This document shows, piece by piece, positions 1-8,493 of a stretch of 64,000 nt of DNA. The stretch is from Bacillota bacterium (GTDB taxonomy: Bacteria > Bacillota > Bacilli > Bacillales > Bacillaceae_B): the NCBI GenBank assembly GCA_051750065.1, contig JBNJJI010000006.1, positions 137,146-201,145 of the forward strand, read 5' to 3'. Position 1 is the stretch's first letter, and each line of letters opens with the position of its first letter. Made by a program: the position numbers and the translations under genes. The notes under the pieces are model-generated. The model searched no databases. It was not told the DNA's origin and saw only the letters and a list, made by a program, of their open reading frames with translations.

Positions 1-2
1 CA

Positions 3-317
3 TCATCAGGTAAAATCTTTTCAGCGGTACATATAGAAGCTAATGTCGGAAGAATAACTGTCTGCGGAGAAGCAATGGCGATTGGAAAGTCGATTTCTGA
101 AGGTGACCATGAATTTGAGACTATCGTGGCAGTGGCTCATCCACATCCTCATGAAAAAATCGATAAATGCTGGGTGGTTGCCCCTTGCGGTATGTGCCGG
201 GAGTTAATTAGTGACTATGGTGAAAGAACAGATGTGATTCTTTCCTATAATGATAAATTAGTAAAGTGCAATATAATGGAGTTACTTCCCGAAAAGTATA
301 CTAGCAGTACTAAGTAA
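3..317 (+). CDS. Cytidine/deoxycytidylate-type (blasticidin-S-like) zinc deaminase, N-terminus cut by window edge
   Basis: Frame is open from nt 3 (ORF track starts at internal Met 75). Zinc-ligand motifs C-G-E-A and P-C-G-M-C-R-E of the CDA fold. Confidence 0.75.
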   Translation, partial: SSGKIFSAVHIEANVGRITVCGEAMAIGKSISEGDHEFETIVAVAHPHPHEKIDKCWVVAPCGMCRELISDYGERTDVILSYNDKLVKCNIMELLPEKYTSSTK

Positions 318-357
318 AAGCGTGTTTCGGCAAAGGTTATTACCAAAATATCATAAA

Positions 358-391
358 CAAAGGACGAAATCATACCTGATTTCGTCCTTTG
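358..391. terminator. Bidirectional intrinsic terminator hairpin (GGACGAAATC family, copy 1)
   Basis: 15-bp stem caaaggacgaaatca/tgatttcgtcctttg with a 4-nt loop, between convergent genes. Confidence 0.7.
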
Positions 392-410
392 CAACTCAAT
401 TTACTTCAGT

Positions 411-863
411 TTATCTAACCTTTTGGATCTCTTCAGTCGCGAACACCTTCTCATTATTCAACACATCGATTTCCAATGCTGTGTCATCATTATCTTCGAT
501 GATTTCCTTTAGCTTTTCTTCTGAGAGTTCCTGGGTTAACGGCAATGTTTCCGTGATTTCTATCACTTTAGATTCTTCGCCCTCTTTATGACTGATGTAT
601 TCTTCATCAAAGACGAAAAGGTCTTTTCCAAGAGCTCTTACCAACTCGCCATTACTCGCATAAATTCGTACCTGAAAAGGCGTTTCAGGATCCATATTCA
701 CATCATCCAGAATAATTGTAAAAATCATTTGTTCTTCATCCTCTGATATCGATACGCTGGCATCCTCTACCATCTCGATTTTATTTCCACAACCTGCCAA
801 GAGGATCAGCAAAACCAGCATAGCTGCAGCTGCATAATATTTATTCAACCGTAAGCCCCCCAC
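411..863 (-). CDS. Small secreted lipoprotein, unknown function
   Basis: 150-aa ORF. Signal peptide ends in lipobox L-L-A-G-C. Alternative TTG start at 848. Confidence 0.7.
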   Translation of the reverse strand: MGGLRLNKYYAAAAMLVLLILLAGCGNKIEMVEDASVSISEDEEQMIFTIILDDVNMDPETPFQVRIYASNGELVRALGKDLFVFDEEYISHKEGEESKVIEITETLPLTQELSEEKLKEIIEDNDDTALEIDVLNNEKVFATEEIQKVR

Positions 864-1091
864 ATTCTACTTCTTTATACTTTTTTTATCATACTATAAG
901 GAACGCTTACTGGGAAATTGAATTTATATTATCTTTTGGAAGAATTCCCTTGTAAAACATAGTTAATCAGGATTGATAGTGAAATGTGAACATCCTTTAT
1001 ATTTCTTTACGTTACGGTCGTTAAATTATTATAAACTCCTTTTCAAGAATTATGGTAAACTGAACAAGTCTTATATTTATTTCTTGAGGAC

Positions 1092-1286
1092 GTGATGATT
1101 TTGAAAAAAAGACTAGCTGTTGCACTTCCTGTTTCTATACTGGTCTTTAGTTTGGCACTTTGGTTTTTATCCAATAATTATAGCGAAATCGACCAGCTGA
1201 CAAGGATGCTGATTGCTCTTGGAGGTACAGTCCTTTCGGGCATTATTACTTATTTTCTATTTCCCGAGAATGAAAGAAAAATATAA
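1092..1286 (+). CDS. Small membrane protein, unknown function
   Basis: 64-aa ORF with two hydrophobic segments and a GAGGA just upstream. No family recognised. Confidence 0.45.
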   Translation: MMILKKRLAVALPVSILVFSLALWFLSNNYSEIDQLTRMLIALGGTVLSGIITYFLFPENERKI

Positions 1287-1401
1287 TTATCTTCTTGAGT
1301 TTGCTTTTCATTTGAGGAGGATAGATAAGGCTGAGAGGATAAAAGTAATCAATTTACACTCCTTTAAAAACTAAACCGCAATTTTCAGCAAAGAGTTTAA
1401 A

Positions 1402-1436
1402 GAAAAACCACCTGTCATAGCTGACAGGTGGTTTCT
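1402..1436. terminator. Intrinsic terminator hairpin
   Basis: 13-bp stem aaaccacctgtca/tgacaggtggttt flanked by A- and T-runs, directly after the dioxygenase stop. Confidence 0.7.
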
Positions 1437-2375
1437 TCAATCCAATTTGCGAACATCAATGGGTTGTAAGACTTGCTTGATTTGTTCTCTGTGGTGTTCG
1501 TATTGACCAGGCAGCATTAAATTAGTACCTAATTCTTCAGGTGCCTCATCTACTGCAAATCCAGGAGGGTCTGTGGCAATTTCAAAAAGGATATCCCCAT
1601 GTTCCCTGAAATAGATGGCATTGAAATAATTTCTATCCTGGACAGGAGTGACCGGATAGCTGTTATTTTCCAGATGCTCTTTCCATTGTAGTTGATCGAG
1701 GTCATCTTCAGCTCGCCAGGCAATATGATGCACGGTGCCAACTCCCATCCTTCCTCGGGGGATTGGCTCTTTCTTTAAATCCACTATATTTCCTATATCA
1801 GCAGTAGACTGAAAACGCATAACTCCGTCTTCCTCTCCTACTTTTACAAGACCCATCACTTCCATTAACAATTGGGAGGTCATTTCTGGATTTGCTGATA
1901 ACAAGCTGGCTCCGGCAAAACCCTTAATTGCTGTATCTGAAGTGACTTCTCCATAGCTCCACTGATTAGCTTTACCACTTTCACGTTCCACAAGTTCCAA
2001 TTGAAGGCCATGAGGATCCTGAAATACCAAATTGGTTTCTCCAAATCGTACACTTTTACTAAAAGAAACGTCGAAATTTTTCAATCGGCTTTCCCAGAAT
2101 GACAGAGACCCTTTCGGTACTGCATATGATGTAGTTCCCACTTGGCCGCCGCCAATTCTTCCCTTGTGCGCGCCATCCCAAGGGAAGAATGTAATAATTG
2201 TGCCAGGGCTTCCCTGTTCATCACCGAAATATAAATGATATGTTCCCGGGTCATCAAAATTAACTGTTTTCTTGACCATCCTCATTCCCAATACCCCTGC
2301 ATAAAAGTCAACGTTTTCCTGAGGATTCGCCACGATAGCTGTTACGTGATGAATCCCCTTTATTTTCTTGGCCAT
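1437..2375 (-). CDS. Ring-cleaving (hydroquinone/catechol) dioxygenase, VOC/glyoxalase superfamily, MhqA/MhqO/CatE-like
   Basis: Two-module VOC fold starting GIHHVTAIV. Size and DoxX neighbour match the B. subtilis Mhq/Cat dioxygenases. Start moved to ATG 2375 behind AAGGAG. Confidence 0.88.
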   Translation of the reverse strand: MAKKIKGIHHVTAIVANPQENVDFYAGVLGMRMVKKTVNFDDPGTYHLYFGDEQGSPGTIITFFPWDGAHKGRIGGGQVGTTSYAVPKGSLSFWESRLKNFDVSFSKSVRFGETNLVFQDPHGLQLELVERESGKANQWSYGEVTSDTAIKGFAGASLLSANPEMTSQLLMEVMGLVKVGEEDGVMRFQSTADIGNIVDLKKEPIPRGRMGVGTVHHIAWRAEDDLDQLQWKEHLENNSYPVTPVQDRNYFNAIYFREHGDILFEIATDPPGFAVDEAPEELGTNLMLPGQYEHHREQIKQVLQPIDVRKLD

Positions 2376-2477
2376 GAGTATCACTCCTTTGTTATCAAGA
2401 ATAATTGCTTGCTGCCCTGAGATAAGAACATTATTGATTATCAGAAGTCAGCCCATAAAATCAGCACAACTCCTATT

Positions 2478-2876
2478 TTAGAATAATATGGCATCCAAAG
2501 CATACTTTCCAGGACCTGTAAGCGCAAGCCCTACTGCTGCTGCCAGCAAAGCAAGGTTGTATTCATAGCCATTGTTTGTTGACAAATAACCGTTTGCATA
2601 ATGGACTTTCACTATAGCTACGACCATGGTGATAGCTATCAAAATTCCAGCAAGTGGAGTAAGCAGTCCGAGCACAAAGAAAAGGCCGCCGGCAAATTCA
2701 GCAATGCCCGCAAAAAAAGCCATTGCCTTTCCTGGTTTCATTCCGAGAGACTCCATCCATCCTCCTGTTCCCTCCAAACCATATCCGCCAAACCAACCAA
2801 ACAACTTCTGAGAACCATGGACAATGAACGAAAGACCAATTACCAATCTGATTATTAATAAACCTGTATCCAACAT
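2478..2876 (-). CDS. DoxX-family membrane oxidoreductase (MhqP/CatD-like)
   Basis: 132 aa with four TM segments and a DoxX-like sequence, immediately upstream of the dioxygenase. AGGAGG RBS. Confidence 0.85.
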   Translation of the reverse strand: MLDTGLLIIRLVIGLSFIVHGSQKLFGWFGGYGLEGTGGWMESLGMKPGKAMAFFAGIAEFAGGLFFVLGLLTPLAGILIAITMVVAIVKVHYANGYLSTNNGYEYNLALLAAAVGLALTGPGKYALDAILF

Positions 2877-2896
2877 ACCTATTCCTCCTGCTAATT

Positions 2897-2914
2897 TATT
2901 TCGAATTCGAGATA
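2897..2914 (-). promoter_or_regulatory. MhqR-type operator (18-bp near-palindrome) in the 5' UTR
   Basis: TATTTCGAATTCGAGATA has one mismatch from a perfect 9+9 inverted repeat. It lies about 8 nt upstream of the RBS of the DoxX gene. Confidence 0.6.
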
Positions 2915-2977
2915 TATTTTCAAAATTTTTTCAAGAACTCTTTTCTAAAAAGTACATTTCCTTCTTAGTTAACAAAT

Positions 2978-2995
2978 TATCTTGAATTCGAGATA
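2978..2995 (-). promoter_or_regulatory. MhqR-type operator abutting the -10 box
   Basis: TATCTTGAATTCGAGATA is the second copy of the same 18-bp palindrome, directly downstream of the predicted -10. Confidence 0.6.
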
Positions 2996-3024
2996 ATTTT
3001 ATAAGAACATCTCTCTTCTGTCAA
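2996..3024 (-). promoter_or_regulatory. SigA-type promoter of the DoxX-dioxygenase operon
   Basis: On the minus strand: TTGACA (3019-3024), 17-nt spacer, TAAAAT (2996-3001). Confidence 0.6.
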
Positions 3025-3214
3025 CTGCTTAATTTATTGTTATGCAGAAAAAAGACAGTTTGCTCCAAAAAAAGGCTTGGTTAACTGATTATTCATACCT
3101 TTATTTCGTTTTCCACATCTGCAGATCAACATTATTCACTTAATCGTACCTTAAGTCTGTGCCCTCTCTGTGTCATTGATTAACTTCTCCTCCCACCTCA
3201 AAAAAATAATAAAC

Positions 3215-3230
3215 ATCAACTTTTTTTGAT
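3215..3230. promoter_or_regulatory. ATCAA-N6-TTGAT operator, copy 1 (upstream of -35)
   Basis: atcaactttttttgat; inverted pentamers separated by 6 nt. Confidence 0.5.
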
Positions 3231-3238
3231 TTTTTAAA

Positions 3239-3267
3239 TTGACAAAAGAAAATAATGGAAGTAAAAT
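3239..3267 (+). promoter_or_regulatory. SigA-type promoter of the arsR-like gene
   Basis: TTGACA (3239-3244), 17-nt spacer, TAAAAT (3262-3267). Confidence 0.65.
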
Positions 3268-3273
3268 TAATAC

Positions 3274-3289
3274 ATCAAGATATTTTGAT
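3274..3289. promoter_or_regulatory. ATCAA-N6-TTGAT operator, copy 2 (just downstream of -10)
   Basis: atcaagatattttgat, positioned over the expected transcription start. Confidence 0.55.
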
Positions 3290-3308
3290 TAAATAAAGAG
3301 GTGAGAAT

Positions 3309-3635
3309 ATGACTATTGATTCTGGAATAACCGATACCCCCAAAGATAAAATTTTTGAAAAGTATGAGGCTAAATTCAAAGCTATCGGAGATAAAAAAAG
3401 GCTTCACATAATGAATATCCTTACCCAAAAAGGTGAAATGTGTGTTTGCGACCTGGCACCACTGATGGAAATGACTCAATCCAAACTGTCTTATCATTTA
3501 AAGATCCTTCTTGATGCTAAGGTAATTACCAAAGAAACAAGAGGAACATGGAGTTATTACAGATTAAATTCTGAAGAACTTAACCATTTGTTGTCTGAAG
3601 AACTTTGCTGTCTTTTTCGAAAAAAAAGCTGTTAA
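3309..3635 (+). CDS. ArsR/SmtB-family metalloregulator
   Basis: 108-aa winged HTH with the C-V-C-D metal/metalloid sensing motif (EMCVCDLAPLM). GAGGTGA RBS. Confidence 0.9.
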   Translation: MTIDSGITDTPKDKIFEKYEAKFKAIGDKKRLHIMNILTQKGEMCVCDLAPLMEMTQSKLSYHLKILLDAKVITKETRGTWSYYRLNSEELNHLLSEELCCLFRKKSC

Positions 3636-3668
3636 TTCTATATTAGCAGCTCTCTTTCACTACATTAA

Positions 3669-3706
3669 ATCAAATTTTTTTGATTTATAAATCAAGATAT
3701 ATTGAT
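3669..3706. promoter_or_regulatory. Two tandem ATCAA-N6-TTGAT operators (copies 3 and 4) upstream of the permease gene
   Basis: atcaaatttttttgat (3669-3684) and atcaagatatattgat (3691-3706), centres 22 bp apart. Confidence 0.55.
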
Positions 3707-3728
3707 ATATCATCAGGAGGTATTTACT

Positions 3729-4595
3729 ATGTTTACGGAAACATTGAAAAGTTTTTTATACATTGCATTAGAATTAACGCTGCTTTTTATTTTTATTTCG
3801 TTCTTCATCAGTTTGTTTCAAGGGGTGATTCCTTATGAAAAAATCGAAAAACACTTTTCAGGAAAAAACAAAGTTATTGCTGCCCTGGCTGCTGTTCTTT
3901 TCGCATTCATTACCCCGTTTTGTTCATGTTCAACGATACCCCTTGTCGTAAATATGCTGAAGAAAAAAATGCCGTTTGGGATCGTTATGATCTTTCTATT
4001 CTCTTCACCTGTCTTAGATCCAACCATTTTAACCATCATGGCCGTCCTTTTGGGGTGGAAAGTAACCATCCTCTATATCCTCATAACTTCTCTGCTTTCA
4101 ATTATCATTGGATTACTGCTTGAAAAATTGGGATTTGAAAAGTCAGTTAAAAACGTTGTCATGACAGGTTATACTTCAGCACAAAAAAAGTTCAATGTCA
4201 GACTGGCGATTGCTGAAACATGGAGTTTAATGAGAAGTGTTCTTCCCTACTTGATTGTCGGAGCTGCTATTGGTGCCGTCATACATGGCTTGGTTCCTAC
4301 GGAATTGATTTCTAATTTGTTTGGCAGCGAGAAATGGTGGTTGATTCCACTAGCTGCTATTGTAGGAATTCCTTTGTACATCCGCTTATCGAGTATGATT
4401 CCTATATCACAGATACTCATTATGAAAGGAATGGCACTTGGTCCAGTGATGGCAATGATGATCAGTTCTGCTGGTGCAAGCTTGCCGGAAATCATTCTGC
4501 TCAGATCTATTTTCAAGAAAGAATTAGTAATAACATTTGTGCTGTCCGTTGTTGCCATGTCGACTATTTCAGGCTTCATCTTCTACTTGGTGTAG
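3729..4595 (+). CDS. UPF0718/YraQ-type permease with T-P-F-C-S-C motif (ArsP-like organoarsenical/metalloid efflux permease)
   Basis: Polytopic membrane ORF with conserved cysteine pair ITPFCSCSTIP. Start moved to ATG 3729 behind AGGAGG. Follows the arsR-like gene. Confidence 0.82.
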   Translation: MFTETLKSFLYIALELTLLFIFISFFISLFQGVIPYEKIEKHFSGKNKVIAALAAVLFAFITPFCSCSTIPLVVNMLKKKMPFGIVMIFLFSSPVLDPTILTIMAVLLGWKVTILYILITSLLSIIIGLLLEKLGFEKSVKNVVMTGYTSAQKKFNVRLAIAETWSLMRSVLPYLIVGAAIGAVIHGLVPTELISNLFGSEKWWLIPLAAIVGIPLYIRLSSMIPISQILIMKGMALGPVMAMMISSAGASLPEIILLRSIFKKELVITFVLSVVAMSTISGFIFYLV

Positions 4596-4634
4596 TGAAC
4601 AGCAGCAAAAATTTAGAGAGAAGAGGAAAAAAAC

Positions 4635-4835
4635 ATGACAGTCAATCACGGAGGAACTCTTGGCAAAGAATATTTTATCTCCTACCTTTCGTTAGTGATG
4701 AATTCCAGAGGATGTTCACCACAGCAAGCGAAAGAAATTACGCTCAGCCAATTTTTTAAAGGCAGCCCAGAAATATATGGACATGACACTTACAATGCTT
4801 TTATAGAGGCATATTCCTTGTTGATTATGAAGTGA
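4635..4835 (+). CDS. Hypothetical 66-aa protein, third gene of the arsR-permease unit
   Basis: ORF with a purine-rich RBS (agaggaaaaaaac ATG), ending just before a strong terminator. No family recognised. Confidence 0.45.
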   Translation: MTVNHGGTLGKEYFISYLSLVMNSRGCSPQQAKEITLSQFFKGSPEIYGHDTYNAFIEAYSLLIMK

Positions 4836-4852
4836 AAAACTAGAAAAAATTT

Positions 4853-4882
4853 AAGGACGAAATCACAAATGATTTCGTCCTT
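4853..4882. terminator. Bidirectional terminator hairpin (GGACGAAATC family, copy 2)
   Basis: 13-bp stem aaggacgaaatca/tgatttcgtcctt between convergent genes. Confidence 0.7.
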
Positions 4883-4896
4883 TATTACTTCGCCTA

Positions 4897-5586
4897 TTAA
4901 TCTCTTCTGCTTTTGCCTCTAACAAATCGATAGGATAAATAAGCAATGTATAGCGGTACTGCCACATAAATCAAATAAGGAAATTGTTCATAAGTACCTC
5001 TGTATATGACAAATAAGAGACCAGCTATAAATATCGTGATAATTGTGCCGTATTTAGGAAGCGGAATATCTTTCAGGCTTGGAATCCGGACTCTGCTGAC
5101 CATAAGAAAACACAGGGCGGTAAACACAACTGTGGTTACTATATTAGGAATAGAATCGCCAAAAAGAGTCAGTAAAGCAAGAATTCCACCTGCTGCTGTA
5201 ATGGGAACTCCGATGAAATAACTCAACCCTGTTTTATCAGAACCGACATTGAATCTTGCAAGCCTGAACGCCCCGAATAATGGAAACAATCCTGCCACAG
5301 CAAATCCAACCACTCCGAATTGAAAAAAATATGTATAGTAAACTAAAAAAGATGGTGCTACCCCGAAGGTAACAATATCCGCCAGTGAATCAAGTTCTTT
5401 CCCTAATACCGAATCAGCTTTGAGCATTCTTGCCAGACGGCCATCCATGCTATCAAGCATCATGCCGATCAAGATCAAGATTGCGGCATTTTTAAACTGC
5501 CCGCTAGCAGCAAAACCGATAGATAAAAACCCGCAATATAAATTACCTAAAGTAAACATGTTGGGAATGCTTTTCTTAAATCGCAT
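4897..5586 (-). CDS. pssA: CDP-diacylglycerol--serine O-phosphatidyltransferase
   Basis: CDP-alcohol phosphatidyltransferase motif DGRLARMLKADSVLGKELDSLAD. Multi-TM. Confidence 0.85.
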   Translation of the reverse strand: MRFKKSIPNMFTLGNLYCGFLSIGFAASGQFKNAAILILIGMMLDSMDGRLARMLKADSVLGKELDSLADIVTFGVAPSFLVYYTYFFQFGVVGFAVAGLFPLFGAFRLARFNVGSDKTGLSYFIGVPITAAGGILALLTLFGDSIPNIVTTVVFTALCFLMVSRVRIPSLKDIPLPKYGTIITIFIAGLLFVIYRGTYEQFPYLIYVAVPLYIAYLSYRFVRGKSRRD

Positions 5587-5745
5587 TTTATATTCTTCAC
5601 TCTCCGTAAATTTCTTTGTGATTTCTACTATTATAACATTAAATATAGCAGACTGACCTCTTTCTTTAGATTTGTCTTTTACAAACTGGGTAATTTATTA
5701 TTGTAGTAAGGATTGTCAATTGTTTTTACCGAAAGGAGACGCAGG

Positions 5746-6555
5746 ATGGAAACGAAACAAGAATTACTTTCAGCTCTTGAAGAAACAAATCATTGGATTG
5801 AAGATCAAAAAAAAGCCTGGTTTTGGGAAAAGTGGACAAGACTCCCTTTTAAGGTACTGGATAAGATCACACCAGAATTCATTCATAAAAAAATCGGGAC
5901 TTTATTGGATGAAATGGGAAGCTATATACAAAATGGAGGAAAATATTTAACTTCAGAAAAATCGATGTTTAAATATATTGAAAAAAATACAGCAAGAAAC
6001 ATTACAAGCTTGGAAGAAATAGCCGCGCTCGAGCTTAAGGAAATGGACAGACTCAGCAGGAACCTTGCCGGATCAAGAAGAAAGGCAGCTGCCGTACAAG
6101 GAGCAACTACAGGAATTGGAGGGCTTTTCACTCTTTCCATAGATATACCTGCCTTACTTGGCATATCACTGAAAACGCTTCAAGAGATTGCCATAATTCA
6201 TGGATATGATCCTAATGATGAAAAAGAGAGAATCTTCATCATTAAATGCCTTCAGTTCGCTTCTGCTGATGTCGTTGGAAAAAAAGCGATTCTCGATAAT
6301 CTGGCTGCCTATTATGACGGAGAAGTGTCAACCAATGAAGTCATGGCTCAAATTCAAGGCTGGCGTGAAGTGGTTTATACTTACCGAGATCAATTTGGCT
6401 GGAAAAAACTTTTTCAAATGGTGCCTGTAGCCGGTATGATTTTTGGTGCATTTACGAACAGAGCGATGATAAGTGATATAGCAGAGGCAGGTTCAGTCCT
6501 TTATCGTAAAAGAAGGATTAAAGACAGGCTTTACTCATTAGAAGAGACAGTATAA
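5746..6555 (+). CDS. EcsC-family protein
   Basis: Sequence pattern recalled for the EcsC family (GGLFTLSIDIPALLGISLKTLQEIAIIHGYDP). Start at ATG 5746 behind GAAAGGAG. Confidence 0.7.
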   Translation: METKQELLSALEETNHWIEDQKKAWFWEKWTRLPFKVLDKITPEFIHKKIGTLLDEMGSYIQNGGKYLTSEKSMFKYIEKNTARNITSLEEIAALELKEMDRLSRNLAGSRRKAAAVQGATTGIGGLFTLSIDIPALLGISLKTLQEIAIIHGYDPNDEKERIFIIKCLQFASADVVGKKAILDNLAAYYDGEVSTNEVMAQIQGWREVVYTYRDQFGWKKLFQMVPVAGMIFGAFTNRAMISDIAEAGSVLYRKRRIKDRLYSLEETV

Positions 6556-6559
6556 AAAC

Positions 6560-6592
6560 AATTCCCACCCCTGCTCGGCAAGGGTGGGAATT
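6560..6592. terminator. Bidirectional terminator hairpin
   Basis: 11-bp stem aattcccaccc/gggtgggaatt between convergent genes. Confidence 0.7.
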
Positions 6593-6604
6593 AGCAGATT
6601 TAAC

Positions 6605-7531
6605 TCATTCATGCCCAATCACATGTGTCAGTCCCGAACGTTCAATCTGGATTGTCGTATGAGTGATATGAAACTTTTCTTCTATTAAATTGATTGCATT
6701 TTGTAAAATCTCCTGATCGTCTTCCTCTTCTTCAATTAGAATATGACAGCTCAATGAATTCATTCCTGAAGTTATTGTCCATATATGCAAATCATGGATG
6801 CTCCGGACACCCGAAATGCTGCCCAAGACCCCTCTAACCTTCTCTGCCTCAAGGCCTGCAGGAACCCCTTCCATCAAGATATGGATTGTCTGAACGATGA
6901 TACCCCAGGCACTTTTCAAGATTAACAGAGCAACGAGCACACTAATTAGAGGATCAGCCCAATACCAGTCAAACCAGAGCATGATCGCTCCTGCAATAAT
7001 TGCGCCTACTGAACCTAAAGCGTCCCCTAGCACATGAAGATACGCGCTGCGAAGATTCACATTATCTTTGACATCCCCTTTTCGTATCAGCACCCATGCA
7101 CTCATCATGTTGGCAAGCAAACCAATCAAAGCGATCAGCATCATGGTCCTGCTGGCTACTGCTTGTGGATCAAGCAGACGTTCATACGCTTCCCAAACTA
7201 TAAAACCGGCTATTACAAATAAGGTAACTCCATTTAACAAAGCAGCCAGAATCTCGAAACGATGATAACCAAACGTTTTATTGGATGTGGCAGCTCTTCC
7301 AGCTATCCACATGGCTGCAAGGCTTAATGCTAATGAACTGGCATCGCTCAGCATATGACCAGAATCCGACAGCAAAGCAAGGCTATTTGTGATCAATCCG
7401 CCAAAGAACTCAAGAACCATAATGCACGTTGTAATAATTAACGCAATAAATAGACCTTTTTTATTTCCTTCTCTCGTATGATCTTGTCCGTGATGGTGAC
7501 CGTGATGTTGCCCATGTCCATGATGATGCAT
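6605..7531 (-). CDS. czcD: Cation diffusion facilitator Zn/Co/Cd efflux transporter
   Basis: His-rich N-terminus, six TMs, HxxxD pairs (HMLSD, HVLGD) and a C-terminal cytoplasmic domain. Confidence 0.92.
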   Translation of the reverse strand: MHHHGHGQHHGHHHGQDHTREGNKKGLFIALIITTCIMVLEFFGGLITNSLALLSDSGHMLSDASSLALSLAAMWIAGRAATSNKTFGYHRFEILAALLNGVTLFVIAGFIVWEAYERLLDPQAVASRTMMLIALIGLLANMMSAWVLIRKGDVKDNVNLRSAYLHVLGDALGSVGAIIAGAIMLWFDWYWADPLISVLVALLILKSAWGIIVQTIHILMEGVPAGLEAEKVRGVLGSISGVRSIHDLHIWTITSGMNSLSCHILIEEEEDDQEILQNAINLIEEKFHITHTTIQIERSGLTHVIGHE

Positions 7532-7543
7532 GAAAATTCCCTC

Positions 7544-7852
7544 CTAGTCATGAAGTGAATGATTAATTACCTGTTTTAGTATTTCAATCACATGATCATC
7601 GTCATAACTGTAATAAAACGATTGACCTTCCCTTCTCGCTTTAACAAGCCGTTGGTGTTTCAAAAAAGACAACTGATGAGAAACCGCTGACTGCGACAAT
7701 CCAAGAACCTCAGCTATGTGTCCGACCGAACATTCTTCTTGTGTCAGAAGATATAAAATCCGCACTCTCGTTGGGTCAGACAGCGCTTTAAAAGTTGTGG
7801 AAACTTTGTCTACCGTTTCCTTTTGTAAAAATTTATGCTTTCCCTTCTCCAT
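7544..7852 (-). CDS. czrA: ArsR/SmtB-family metal-sensing repressor (CzrA-like)
   Basis: wHTH plus C-terminal alpha5-type D/H site ([15 protein letters not shown]). Upstream of, and co-oriented with, czcD. Start at ATG 7852. Confidence 0.85.
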   Translation of the reverse strand: MEKGKHKFLQKETVDKVSTTFKALSDPTRVRILYLLTQEECSVGHIAEVLGLSQSAVSHQLSFLKHQRLVKARREGQSFYYSYDDDHVIEILKQVINHSLHD

Positions 7853-7890
7853 AGAAATCAATACCTCTTTTCTTAATATATTTTATTGTA

Positions 7891-7912
7891 TGAACACATG
7901 CTCATATGTTGA
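7891..7912. promoter_or_regulatory. Candidate CzrA operator (imperfect 12-2-12-like palindrome)
   Basis: tgaacacatgctcatatgttga has TGAACA...TGTTGA arms, about 40 nt upstream of the czrA start. Confidence 0.45.
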
Positions 7913-8116
7913 TGCGTTAATTGTATCATTTTTCTGGTGAATGTATTGAATAACAAGTTTGATTTTTTGATGATTTTATTATGTATCGTTTGGAAGTCTG
8001 CCTAGCTGAAAACATCGTTTCATTAAAATTTTTACCCCATTTGGTCTGGGTACTAATATGAAAGCATCAAATTTTTTATAAAAACTTTTAAATTAAAATT
8101 AGCTCTCTTAAAAAAA

Positions 8117-8300
8117 CGCTCTTTTCGTAAACTTTATTGTTATTTCGATAGAACTTTTAAAAAGGCTGTTTTCGCAAAGATTGGGGCTGTTGAATAGTAG
8201 GATTTCCGCTCCAGGCGCACGACTCCGCTCCAATCCCCCCTACGTAAGAGGGAAGAAGGGAAAATAGCATTTAAAAGCAACAATCTTTTAGAAAACAGCC
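8117..8300. mobile_element. MITE (GCTSTTTTCG-TIR family), composite copy with an extra internal TIR and a collapsed GC core
   Basis: Ends are cgctcttttcgtaaac... and ...cttttagaaaacagcc, with an internal ggctgttttcgcaaagattg at 8164. Flanked by TAAAAAAA at 8109-8116 and 8301-8308. Confidence 0.7.
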
Positions 8301-8316
8301 TAAAAAAAAGACAGAA

Positions 8317-8346
8317 AAAGGCGCCTGTTCGAAAACAGGCGCCTTT
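8317..8346 (-). terminator. Intrinsic terminator downstream of the histidine kinase gene
   Basis: 13-bp stem aaaggcgcctgtt/aacaggcgccttt with a T-run on the minus strand. Confidence 0.7.
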
Positions 8347-8493
8347 GATGCGTATTGAGGCGAAAGACCGTGCGCCACATCGCACGTTGCTTATAAAGCT
8401 TGTCTGTCGGCTTACACAATTAGCTCATCGCTCAATAAATATAGCACGCTCAACAAAATTTTACAAGCTTTCTTTATATGGAAAATAGTTACT

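Noticed and set aside
8140-8385. 81-aa ORF on the minus strand
   Set aside because: It lies entirely within a MITE copy and a terminator. Its GC-rich repeat-derived translation (…VVRLERKS…) recurs wherever the repeat occurs, and it has no RBS.
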